Below, in pieces: positions 35,905 to 47,829 of a DNA stretch of 64,000 nt. How positions within the stretch are numbered: the stretch's first letter is position 1; every line of letters begins with the position of its first letter. The stretch comes from Hyaloraphidium curvatum SAG 235-1 (lineage: Eukaryota > Fungi > Monoblepharomycota), in assembly GCA_025558095.1 (NCBI GenBank), contig JAIVFI010000015.1, positions 682,001 through 746,000 on the forward strand, read 5' to 3'. The notes beneath the pieces are model-generated. The model saw only the letters and a list, made by a program, of their open reading frames with translations, had not been told where the DNA came from and ran no database searches. The translations under genes were made by a program, and so were the position numbers.

Positions 35905-36674
35905 ATGCCCGCCGTCCGCTCCCCAACTCGCACCGCGCGGCCCTCATCGCCGCCCTTCTGCACCTGCCGATCCTCCGACAAAGCCCGCCGGCTGTCGCTC
36001 TCCTCGGCCGCCACCGCCGGCCGCGCGGACAGCGGCAGCATTCTCGGCACGCCGTCGCCGGCGTGCGGCTGCGACTCGCCGTCGACGCTCGCGGGCAGCC
36101 CGCCGCCGCGGGGGCCGTGGGACTTTTGCCCGGGCTTCCCGCCGGCGCTGCTCGAGCACTGCATCGAGACCATGCTCTTCTGGTGGGCTCCACCGCTTCC
36201 TAGGATATTTTAAGCAGTCCCTGACCTCGCTGTACCGCCGGGACTCCCAGCCTTTACGGCCAATGCCAGCACCCCTCCTGCCTCGGCTCCCTCCCCCCGC
36301 TCCTCCTCCCCTCCCCTTCGGCCCGCACATCCCACGCCGCAAGGGCCGCCGCCGAAGCCCCCCGTCTCCGAGCCTACGTCGCCCGCCTCCTCCTGCTGCT
36401 CCCCCTCCGCCCGGCGCACCTCGCCCGCGCGGCGGGGTACGTCCGCCGCCTGCGCCGCACCCTGGACCGCACCCAGCCGGACGACAGGGCTTCGCGCTTT
36501 TGGGGGGCACACCACCTCGTGCTGCTGGTATCCTTGGTGCTGGCAAGGAAGTTCTGCGAGGACGGGCCGGGGCCGCGGGCGCGGGAGTGGGGCGCCGCGG
36601 GGGGGTTCCGGAAAGACGTGGTGGTCAAGGCCGAGAGGGAAATGCTGGGGATGTTGGGGTGGAATCTGGCTTGA
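35905..36674 (+). CDS. Pho80/Pcl-like cyclin-fold protein, copy 2
   Basis: MPAVRSP...IETMLFC|LYGQCQHPSC...AAGYVRRL...LVSLVLARKFCEDG...EWGAAGGFRKDVVVKAEREMLGMLGWNLA*; same intron position as copy 1. Confidence 0.82.
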
Positions 36675-36794
36675 ACGATCGGCTCGGACGCATCGGAAGC
36701 TTTGTCGCGGATGGGAGCACGGGCGGCACGTTGTGCATGGGAGATGTTTGGCACGGCAGGACGGGGGAGCGATGCGAATGGAAACGGATGACGT

Positions 36795-38652
36795 TCACAA
36801 CCTCGCCTGCCCTGCGCCCGCGGCCATCCGCGCCCTCACCGCATCCCTCACCTGCCTCCTCAGTATCTTCCCCGTCGCCCCCCTCGGCACCTCGTCCACA
36901 AACTCCAACCCACCCCTGAGCTTCTTGGTCGGGCTGACCTTCGCATCCAGGTACGCGCGCAGCTCCTCCGCCTTGGCATCCGTCCGGGGAACCGAGGGCC
37001 GGAGGACGACAAAGGCGCGGGGCACCTCGCCGTGCTCGGGGGAGGGGATGCCGACGACGCAGGCGTCCTGCACTTCGGGGTGGCCCATTAGGAGGTCCTC
37101 CAGCTCCGAGGGGGCGATCTGGAAGGCGTTGTACTTGATCAGCTCTGCCGACAAATGCGAAATGGTCAGAGAAGAGCTTTCGGGGAGGCGGAGGCAACGC
37201 AGCCAACCCTTGAGCCGGTCCCGCACCCAGAACATCCGGTCCTCGTCGCACACTACCAGGTCGCCCGTGCGGAAGAAGCCGTCGGCGTCGAAGGCCTCGC
37301 GGGTGGCCTGCTCGTTGCCATGGTATCCGAGGAAGATGTTCGGGCCTTTGACGAGGAGCTCGCCCTCGTTGCCGAAGCCAACGGGGCGGCCCGTTTCGGG
37401 GTCGACGACTTGCAAGGTGCGAAGGGGAAGTGAGCCACAGCACATCGGGGCCGGACGACTCGCCGACCACCCACCCTTGACCTCCATGTTCGGCAGCGGC
37501 TGCCCCACCGCACCCGGCCTCTGCCTCTCCCCGGCCTTGTAGATCAGCCCCGCGCACGTGGTCTCGGTCATCCCCCACCCCTGCTTCACCGGCGCCCCGA
37601 ACTTGTCCTCCATCGCCCGCTCCAGCTCCGGGCCCAGGGGCGCGCTGCCGCACATGATGCTCTCGACCGCGGAAAAGTCGTACCCCGACGAATCCGCCTT
37701 GGCCAGCTGCACCGCGATCGGCGGGACCAGGTTCAGGTACCGCGAGCGGTACTTGGACCACGCGTCCAAGGCGAGGGCGACGTCGAAGCGCGGGTAGATG
37801 GCCACGCAGGCGCCGATGCGGGGGGCCATGAGCATGAAGGACATGAGGCCGGCCATGTGCGCCAGGGGGATGAAGCACGCGCGGGTTTCGGGGGCGGGGA
37901 GGGGGCCGGCGGTGCCTTCCTGCGTGGTCCCTGGCGGCGTGGGGAGGGTGAGCGGTCGGGGCGGGGTCGGGGGGGAGAGGGTACTCACATTGGAGGACGT
38001 TGGCGACGAGGTTGTGGTGCGAGAGGGCGACCGCTTTGGGCAAGCCGGTTGTGCCGGAGCTGAACGGCAGCAGCGCCGGCGCCCGCTTGATGTCGTCCTC
38101 GGAAAAGACGACCCGCCCGCCGACGTCGTCCTCGGACAGCTCCCTGCCCCGGTCGACGAGCTGAGCCAGCGTGATCAGGTCCCTCGGCCCCTCGTTGTCC
38201 GTGAGCACGATGTGCGACCGCGGCAGCCCCGCCGCCTTCGCGACTTCGAACGCGGTCGGCAGCATCGACGCCTGCGTGAAGAGCACCCTCGTCCCCGACA
38301 CCCGCAGCTGGTGCTCCAGCTCGCGGGCCACGTAGGCAGGGTTGCTGGGCGTCATCGCGCAGCCCGCGGCCAACACACCGTAGATCAGGGCCGGAACAGC
38401 GAGGGAGTTTGCCGCGTAGATGCACGCGACCTGCCGGCGGGCGAGGCCGGCCCACGGCGTGCGCGGGTCGCGGAGGGCGCGCGAGACGGCGGCGGAGTCA
38501 TCGCGCACGCGCCGGAACGTGATCGAGGCGCCGGTGAGGCCGTCGATGTAAGCCGGGGTGTCGAGGCGGGATTCCGGGCAGGAGCCCCAGACAAAGGTGA
38601 ACAGGTCGACGACGGGGATGTCGATGTGGCGGTCGGGGAGCAGGTGGACCAT
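36795..38652 (-). CDS. 4-coumarate:CoA ligase/luciferase-like acyl-CoA synthetase, peroxisomal
   Basis: PFSSGTTGLPKAV, QGWGMTET, FFRTGD, DRLK|ELIKY, PRGATGKILRR; C-terminal ARL (PTS1). Confidence 0.92.
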
Positions 38653-38987
38653 TTTGCCGTAGTCCTCGATAGAATTGCCGGGATTCGAAGGGGGAAACGC
38701 GTGGGAAAGCCTGGGGGACAACGACGAGGAGAGTGGAGGCGAGTGGCAAAGCGTGCGATTCGAAGCCAACGCTCCTCCTCCTTCTCCCGTGGATCAGATG
38801 GCCCAGATTCGATACGTTCTACCAAGTCTCTTGTTCTAAAAAGCTCTGAAAAAAATGAAGAAACAATCAGATCTCCAAGCCCAAAAGTCCGTGCTCCCGC
38901 TCTCCTTCCCGCCAACTACACTGGCAGAAACAAAGCTGGCCGAACGGCCAATCCAAACCCAAAACTGGGATGCAGGTCCGGCGCGGA

Positions 38988-40973
38988 TTAGTTGTGCGCC
39001 GGAGCCTCCACAGGGGCCTCCGCGGGGGCCTCCACGGTGACCTTGGCGTCGCCCTCGGCCCCCGAGTTGCCCGCCTTGTACGCGGCCTCGATCTCGGCCA
39101 GCTCCTCGTCCGACACCTGCGAGATGGGGCCCTTGAACCACTTGCGCGCCGAAACGATCCACGAGACGCCCGCGTAGATGATGACGGCGCCGAGCATGAG
39201 GGAGGTGTAGCTGGGGGACCGGATCAGCACCGCGATCGTCAGTCGGGCCGTCTGTGGACGTACTTCATGTTCTGGGCGGTGACGGGCATGACCTGAGGCA
39301 GGCAAAGAAGGACGAAGAGGAAGGCGACCCAGAAGACCGCGATCCAGCCGATCACGACCGAGAACCGGCCGAGGTTCTGCGTTTGCGGGCGCAGGAGTCA
39401 GACCAGGTATCAAGCCCGCAAAGACGATACACCCACGAACTCGGCCTGCTTGAACTTGTCCTTGCCGAACGTGAGCCGGACAAACACCGGGATCACGTAC
39501 GCCGTGTTGAGCCCGATCGTGCCGACCGAGTTGAAGGCAAACAGCGCGATCGGCGTCCCCAGCGAGATGAGCGACAGCAGGAACGCGACGGTGCACGACA
39601 GCCAGATGGTGCGCAGGGGGAGCTTGGTCCCCTTGTGCGTCCAGTGGAAGAACTTGGGCAGCGCGCCGTCGCGGGCGAACGAGTACATCATGCGCGAGTT
39701 GGCGGTGCACGCAGAGACGACGCAGCAGAAGGAGCCGAGGGTGATGATGAAGAGGAGGATGGTGCCGCCGACCTGGCCGGCGCAGTCGACGAGGATCTGC
39801 ACGACGGGGAAGCCGTACTGCGGGACGCGGACGCGATGAGCCGCGGGGAGGGAAGAATCGCGCCGCGCCAAGTGCCCACCGGGGTTGTCAGGGTCTGCTC
39901 GTAGTCCTGGATGCAGGCAAAGTAGGCGATCACGAGCAGCCACCCGCCGATGATGGACCAGATCATCGAGTGCAGCATGCCCTTGCTGGCCGCGGTGTGG
40001 CTCGACTGGGTCTCCTCGGAAAGGTGGGCCGAGGCATCGTAGCCGATGAAGGTGTACCCGGGAAGCAGGAACCCGATCATGAAGGCCACGCCCATGTTGT
40101 TCCAGCCCGTGAGGTCCACCACCTCGGTGAACAACCACGAGGCGGGCCGGCGGGTCGGTGCGGTCGCGAGCAGGGTGATGAAGATGGCGAGTGAGCCAAA
40201 GACGTGCACGCCGACGGAGAAGTTGGTCCACAGGGCGAGCACGCGGTCCGAGATGGAGTTGACGATGCCGCACAGGACGACGACGCCGAGGTTGATGGCG
40301 ATGATGTAGCCCTGCTTGTACTCAAACTCGTGGTTGATGGCGATCAGGCCGTAGATGAAGAGGGAAACCTGGTAGAAGGCGCCGGTGAGGCCGCCAATCT
40401 CGCCTGGGAGGACGCGATCAGATCGCGGGAAACGAGCGGGCGCAGGACGGGCGAACCTGCGATGTTCATCCAGCCGTTGAGCCACGCGAAGAACGGTCCC
40501 CAGGTGTCGCCGCCGAGCTTGGCGGACCAGTCTGTTCAGCGCGACGGGATCAGAGGGGCGCTAGATCAAGGGGTGCCCTCGGCCGGGCACCCACAGTAAA
40601 GACCGCCGGCGGTCGGGTAGGCGGAACAGATCTCGGCCATCGATGCGCAGACCGTCATCGCGAACGCGCCGACGATGAGCCACCCCCAGACGGCGGATGC
40701 GGGACCGCCGGACGCCATGACGAAGCCGACGAGGGGGGCAATACCGATCAGAATGGAAATGTGGGAGAAAGAGATGCCGACTGTCGTGTTCGGAAGGTCA
40801 GACCTCCAGAAAAGGCGGCAGGGCGGGCGGGATCACGCACAGTTGTGGAAGGCAGTCAGGCCGCGCTTGAACTCCTGCTTGTAGCCCATCTTGGCGAGGC
40901 GGACCTCGTCCTCGGAGAGCACCTTGCTCTCGAGGGCGACGGGGGATGATGCGGCTGCAACAGGTTCCGCCAT
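38988..40973 (-). CDS. APC-family amino-acid/GABA/polyamine permease, tandem copy A
   Basis: RLAKMGYKQEFKRGL, MAEICSAYPTAGGLY, GYDASAHLSEET, SRMMYSFARDGALP, SARKWFKGP. Confidence 0.92.
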
Positions 40974-42033
40974 GGTCGGTTGTTCCTGCAAGGGGGTAAA
41001 GGGTGATCAGCGCCACTGTTAATTGAAGCCTCGAGGTAGAGCACGGGCCGCGGCGGATTCCGCCGCCCAATCCACGGAAAGCGAAGGAAGGGCTCTCGCG
41101 AAATCGCATGCCGCAGGAGCGCGAATCGCCCAGCGGAACTTGTCCTCGCCGACAATGCATCGAGTTGCCACCGGCCCCGGTATCCCACGCCAGATCACCG
41201 CGCCGGCCAAAAAAAGGCGCACTTCCGTGCTCGGAGAGTGCTCCCCGTCTCCGAAAAACAAGAGCGGGGTCCAGGTGCCCACCTCGTTCAGGTCTGGGCG
41301 TCCGTCGAGCGCGCGAGATAAGGCGCGACAGGTGGTTCAGGCACCGGAGGTCGGTGGGCGAAGAGGCGAAATGAGAGGCGCGCAGTATAGCAGAAGTCGA
41401 GCGGCAGGCAAGGACAGAGGAGCGGAGCGGGCTCAGCAGAGTTCCGGTGGCGCTCGGGTGTGCCGGACCCGGCGCAACGGCACCGCGGGTTCTGGCGACG
41501 CGCCGCTGGAATGCCCACCTGGAGAGCTACGGAGCGTAACAGCCGGCGAAAGAGGACGGCGCTGAGGCAGGCAGACGAGCGGTGCTTGTGCGATGAGGTG
41601 GAGCAATCGGAGAGATCGGTGGGCGTGCTTTGGATTTGGCGCGCGGCGGCAGGGAGCGGAGGCGATAAGAACCCCCGCCGGCCAACTCGACTTTCACCAC
41701 CGGGCGTGCATCGCAGACACCGGCAGGCGCAGCAGACGCTCCGTGATATCCTACCTGCTGACGGAGGCCTTGCGGCCATGCGTCCTCGCAAGGTTGAGGC
41801 CGGGACCGCCAAAAGCGCAACAATGATCGCCTCGATCAGGCGCGGCGCGGCGGCATCCGGACCGCGGTGGCGGCACCGCCAATCTCCAACGGTCTCGAGC
41901 TTTGAGCTTTGGAGCTTTGGAGAGCTTCGGCGAAGGAGATAGACATAACGACTCTAACCATGTACACTCCCAATGCACGCGCTCTACAAGCGGGCGCTCT
42001 TTTTCCCGGCGGCGGCCCCGGCGTTCGACGCCC

Positions 42034-43912
42034 TCACTGCTGGGCTTCCACGGCGATTTTGGCGACCTCTGCCGACTCGGCCACCTCGCCCGGCGCGCCC
42101 TTGAGCGCGGCCTCCATGTGCGCGAGCTCCTCCTCCGACACTTGGGAGATGGGGCCCTTGAACCATTTGCGGGCCGACGCCATCCACGAGATGCCGGTGT
42201 AGATGAGGACGGCGCCGAGCATGAGCGAGGCGTAGCTGGAGGGGACGGGGATCAGCGCCGGTATTCTCGGGCGCCGCCACGGGAACACACTTCATGTTTT
42301 GGGCCGTGACGGGCATGACCTGCGGCAGGCAGAGCAGAACGAAGAGGAAAGCGACCCAGAAGACCGCGATCCAGCCGATCAGGACCGAGAACCGGCCGAG
42401 GTTCTGCGATCGCGGGCGCAGGAGTCAGACCGGGCAACGGATCCTCACAGACGGTCCACTCACGAACTCGGCCTGCTTGAACTTGTCCTTGCCGAACGTG
42501 AGCCGGACAAACACCGGGATCACGTAGGCGGTGTTGAGGCCGATCGTGCCGACCGAGTTGAAGGCAAACAGCGCGATCGGCGTCCCCAGCGAGATGAGGG
42601 AGAGGAGGTAGCACACCGTGCACGAGAGCCAGATGGTCCGGAGGGGCAGCTTGGTGCTCGAGTGGGTCCAGTAGAAGAACTTGGGCAGCGCGCCGTCGCG
42701 GGAGAAGGAGTACATCATCCGCGAGTTGGCGGTGATGGCCGACACAACGCAGCAGAAGGAGCCGAGGGTGATGATCAGGAGGAGGATCGTGCCGCCGACC
42801 TGGCCGGCGCAGTCGACCAGGATCTGGACGACGGGGAAGCCGTACTGGAGGAGAGCCGGGCAAGGTCAGCGCCACTGCCACGCGCGGTGCGGAGGAGGCC
42901 CACCGGAGTGGTCAGGGTTTGCTCGTAGTTCTGGATGCAGGCAAAGTAGGCGATAACGAGCAGCCAGCCGCCGACGATGGACCAAATCATCGAGTGGATC
43001 ATGCCCTTGCTAGCCGCGGTGTGGCTCGACTGGGTCTCCTCGGAAAGGTGGGCCGAGGCGTCGTAGCCGATGAAGGTGTACCCGGGAAGCAGGAAGCCGA
43101 TCATGAAGGCCAGGCCGTAATTGTTCCAGCCGGTAAGGTCGACGACCTCGGTGAAAAGCCACTTCGCAGACTGGCGCGTCGGAGCGGTCGCGAGCAGGGT
43201 GATGAAGATGGCGAGGGAACCGAAAACGTGCACGCCGACGGAGAAGTTGGTCCAGATGGCGAGCGTGCGGTCGGACACCGAGTTGACGAGGCCGGCGAGG
43301 ACCATGACGCCGAGGTTGATGGCGACGATGTAGCCCTGCTTGTACTCGAACTCGTGGTTGATCGCGATCAGGCCGTAGATGAAGAGGGACACCTGGTAGC
43401 ACGCGCCCGTGATGCCGCCGATCTCGCCGGCGATGTTCATCCAGCCGTTGAGCCAAGCGAAGAACGGTCCCCAGGTATCGCCGCCGAGCTTGGCGGACCA
43501 GTCTGCGGGTTCGGGGCGTCAGGGGTTGCCGCTCAAGGGGCGTCTCGAGCGTGGGACCCACAGTAGAGACCTCCGGCAGTCGGGTACGCTGAGCAGATCT
43601 CGGCCATCGCCGAGCAGACCGTCATGGCAAAGCCGCCGACGATGAGCCAGCCCCAGACGGCCGAGGCCGGACCACCCGCCACCATGACGAAGCCGACGAG
43701 CGGGGCGATACCAATGAGGATGGAGATGTGCGAGAAGGAGATGCCGACTGAAGCGAGGGGCGGCGTCAGCTGCTGATCACGCGGCGCGCCGGGCCGGACG
43801 ACGAACAGTTGTGGAAGGCCGTCAGGCCCCGCTTGAACTCCTGCTTGTAGCCCATCTTGGCGAGCCGGACCTCATCTTCGGTCAAGCCGGCCGTGTTGGC
43901 TGCGTTTGCCAT
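42034..43912 (-). CDS. APC-family amino-acid/GABA/polyamine permease, tandem copy B
   Basis: Same motifs as copy A, with high nucleotide similarity in exons. Confidence 0.92.
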
Positions 43913-45102
43913 CTTGGGCAGGATCTGCTGCGGGGGCGGGGTGATCAGCGAGCTGCAGAGAACGTCCGACGGCCAGCAGCTTGGAAGAATGTTGGGCTGG
44001 CAGCCCACGACATGCAGGCGAGCACCGGCGGTGCGCAACCTTAGGCAGCACAGGGAGGTTGACGGCCAGAGCCTCTTCCGCCTCAACCGGTGGGTTGACC
44101 CCGTCCACTGCCACCGGTCGCCGCCCGTTGCGTGCGACCACGGCAAGTTCTCCCACGTATACCCGTCCTTCGAAGAAGCGTGCTTCGGCGCCCACCTTTG
44201 GTCGAAGGGGTGTGGGAGGCGGAGGCGGAACGGATCACTCGCGGCGAGTTTCAGGCACCTGCACTTCCACGGCGCCGGGGAGGGCAGCGGGGCGGAGAAC
44301 GGCGCGGGAGAGCGCAGCGAGGTTGAAAAACCGCGGGCGAACGGGCGGCGGGTGGTCAGCGTCGTGTGGCGTCGGAGCCGCATCCCAGCGCAACGCCAAC
44401 GGGACGTGCCTGGGCGTGTTGCGTACGGGACGCCCGATGCCCACCTCTGGCCCAGGGCTGCAAAGGGAGGGACCTCGACGGGCGTTCGCGAGGGTGCGGG
44501 GGCGGTGCCTGTCGCTGCCTCGGCCGGGGCGCCGGAGTGAGTGCGGGGGGATGGTGCAATGGGCGCCGTCGACCACGCGATCGGTGCCGCATCGCCGACG
44601 ATCCCGCGGAACCCCCCAACTGGACTTCGGCCCAATATTGCCAAGTCGGAACAGGCGGAGCTGGATGGAGTTAATCGGAACTAGGCACAGGCAAATTCTT
44701 GGGGAGCTTCGTGCTCGGTCGCCTGCCAGAACTTCCCCGACGATTCGGTGGTTCACTTTCGGATCGAAGCCGCTCTACCACCGCCATCCCGGCCCATCTG
44801 GGCTCCGCCGTTGCCATTCAGTCCGTTCGATGTTGCGGCTGCCCGGGCTGTTGAGAAGCGGCGATCGACGGTCCCCCATCGTCTCCCACCGGCCGTCGAA
44901 CGGCCGAGGGTCCGGGCCCTCGACGAATCGGGAAGCGCGAAAACCGCCCGCACGCCTTTTCGGCCGCGCTTCTTGCGCGCTTCTCAACTCGAAACGAAGG
45001 TCGAAATGAAGAAAATAGACGCTCCTCAGCACACCGCAACTATAGAATCGGCACATGCCGGCGTAATTACAGCTCTATGTCTATGTCCGCCCCGCAGCCC
45101 TC

Positions 45103-46526
45103 TCACTCGGCTTTGTCGGTCTTCTCGGGCTCGTAGGTCGTCTCGAGCGACGTCACCTGCACGAAATGCATGAGGCGACGTATCATCAACACCTAAGGAG
45201 GCGCATCCCACCTTCTGCCCCGCGGCCTTGGCCTTCTTCCACGAGAGGTACTTGGCGTTGGTCCCGCCGAACAGGTCGTCCCAGAAACGGAAGTAGGTGA
45301 GCGAGTAGTTGCCCACGTTGTGCGAGTGGTGGTAATCTGCGGGCCCGAACGGTCAGCGGCCCTCCCAGGTGCGGGCGCCGCGCTCGGACCCACCGTGGAA
45401 CTCGACGCCCAGGAAGGGCCACCAGTTCAGCGGGTCCCACGGGAACTGGTACGCGAGGTGCTCGTGCAGGTTGAAGAGCTCGGCGAGGAAGCGCGTGCAG
45501 AGCTGCGCAAAGAGGGAGTTCTTCATGATGTAGGCTGGGGAGCGCGTGCCGTCAGATGGGACCGTCGCGCACGCCGAAGAGGGCACAACGCACGCAGGAT
45601 GTAGGTCCCGGGGTAGCTCTGGAAGGCGCCCTCGATGGCGCCGCCGTAGAAGGAGGCGTACACGGAACAGACGTTGAACTCGTGCTGCCAAGGAGCGGTC
45701 AGCACCGCTGCGGAGGATCGCCCAGCGGGACACTCACGTGCTGCTTGTGCAGGTACTTGTACAGCTTCGGGTTTTCGTGCACCGTGCGGTGGTACCTGCC
45801 GGACCGGGAATCAGGCACCGCCAACCTGCATGCCGCCGCCGAGAGGCCCCCGCACCAGTATCCGAAAAAGTCGGAGATCAGTATCACGGGCAGCACGTCG
45901 CCGACGAGGGAGCCGAACGACTTGGGGAGCCCGGTGAGGGAGATGCGGCCCTGGAAGAAGAGCCAGTACACGAGGGCGTCCTGGAGGATGTTGGTGAAGT
46001 GGCGGCCTTCGATGAGGGCTGGGAGGACAGGGTGAGACACCACCCCGGGCGGGCCGGCCGCCGTCGTCCTTCAGAGCCCCAGACCGGGCCCATGGGCCGC
46101 CATCATCCAGCACGTCTGCAACCAGCTGGCGAAACAGGCTCCTCCCAACCCCCCGTCGGTGCTCACATCGGAAAGCTTTCGCCTCCAGGTCCTTCGGCGC
46201 GAATTTGTTCTGGATGATCTTGTACTTCCGCCAGGGCCCGTCGTACTTGTCAAACAGCGTGAAAAGGATCGTGAGGGGTATCACGGCGATCTCCGAGACG
46301 ACGAAGCCGCAGAGGGCGTAGCTGTTTGGCCGTTCCGGGGCGAGGTGGCGAGGAGCGTCAGGGGCGGGCGAGTGGCCGTCAGCGGCGCACCGGGCGGCAA
46401 CAAGCCGGAGACCCACGTGAATGGCTCGCCGACGGTGGCGACCATCGAGAGGATCATGGAGTTGTAGCTCGCCTCGAGGCTGCCGAAGAAGGTCCCGCCC
46501 GCGGCAGACGCCGTGGAGTTGGCCAT
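45103..46526 (-). CDS. Fatty-acid hydroxylase superfamily / sterol C4-methyl oxidase (ERG25-like)
   Basis: His boxes HRTVH, HKQH|H, FH|DYHH; YQFPWDP; GNYSLTYFRFWDDLFGGT; many short introns. Confidence 0.85.
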
Positions 46527-47829
46527 GGCGCCGGGCACAACGAGCTACGAGGAGACGCGCGCTCAAAAGGGAGGTCCCGGAGCGACCGCAGTCCAGTAAG
46601 AGTGGAGAGCCGGGGAAGGTGAGCAAGGACTCGCGGCGGGGCGGGGTGGTGGCTGGGGCGGATCAGATTGCGATCGCGATCGCGGCCAGGCGCCACCCGA
46701 GAACGGCGATTCGAAGTGGGCGGAGCCGATCTAATGGTGAATTGCAGACGGATCGGGCCGGCGGGCGTGGTTGGCAATTCTTCGTCGGGGCTCGAGGGAG
46801 ATCTATCGTAGAGTGTCTGCGTCCTCGCACTGTGGCATCAACCACCGAAAGTAAGGGAAGCCCCAACACGCACGCGACCTTGCCGTTCTTCGGCGCCGGA
46901 CACGCTTGACTCGTTCTTTCGGATGTGGCAGGCGGCATGCCGTCTCATGTTCTCGGAGTAAGCGCCGACCTAGCACCGCGGCCACCGACCCGACCGAGAT
47001 CGCCAGAGCTGGCGTAAGCTTCATCCTTCAGCAAATTTTAGGCAGGATTATTGTGTCCGATCGCGTTGCGGGCGGCTCGAGCGACAGACGCCATGATTCG
47101 CCGAAGCGCCGAGCGCTCGGAGGTTTCAAAGCGGGCCGACTCGACGCGCAATACGATACAAAGGGCACGACGCTGGCCGTCCTATCATCCTCTTCCCGCT
47201 GAGATGGTTCCATCGGGTTCAGAGCCAGCGCGCCTCCCGTCCGGAACACGTCCAACGCGACGCCATCCCCGCGCGATGCGCCCCACGCGTCGCTCGCCAC
47301 CTCCCCTACGAAATGCTCGTCCACATATTCTGCATCTCGATGGAATCATGGAGGGAGTATGACTCGAAACAGTGCCTCGCCCGGTGCGCTGGGGCGTCGA
47401 GGGAGCTCGGCTCGCTCGCGATGCCGCCCCCCCTGGAGATGTTCGACCTCGAGAGGAAGAGCCTGGCTTCCTTGGCGGAACTGGAGATGTGGAAACAGAT
47501 GTGGAAACGCTGGTCGGGATCGCGCAGCCGCCATGCCGGGGCGTGAGCAGTCGGAGAGACGCGGATCGGGGCCCTGGGCAGGCAGTGCCGGAGCCCCGGT
47601 CAGCAATCACGCCTCTGCATAATCTCCGGATGTGTTTTCGACGTCCAACTGATGGCTAGCCCACGCCTCCCGCCGTGTCCGGGGTCTTTCGATCGCCAGG
47701 GCTCAGGGACCCCTCGTGCGCGCCACACAGGCCGAGTCTCCCCGGCCCGCTCCCGCCGCCTGCACCGGCCGCCGCCCTCCTCCTGCCCCCTCCTGCCCCG
47801 CATCGCATCCCCCATTAGTGTTTCCCGCG

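Noticed and set aside
41000-41950. tRNA/ncRNA (including tRNA-Sec) in the longer intergenic regions
   Set aside because: No cloverleaf or A/B-box pattern seen by eye; tRNAscan-SE, Secmarker or Infernal would be needed to exclude one.
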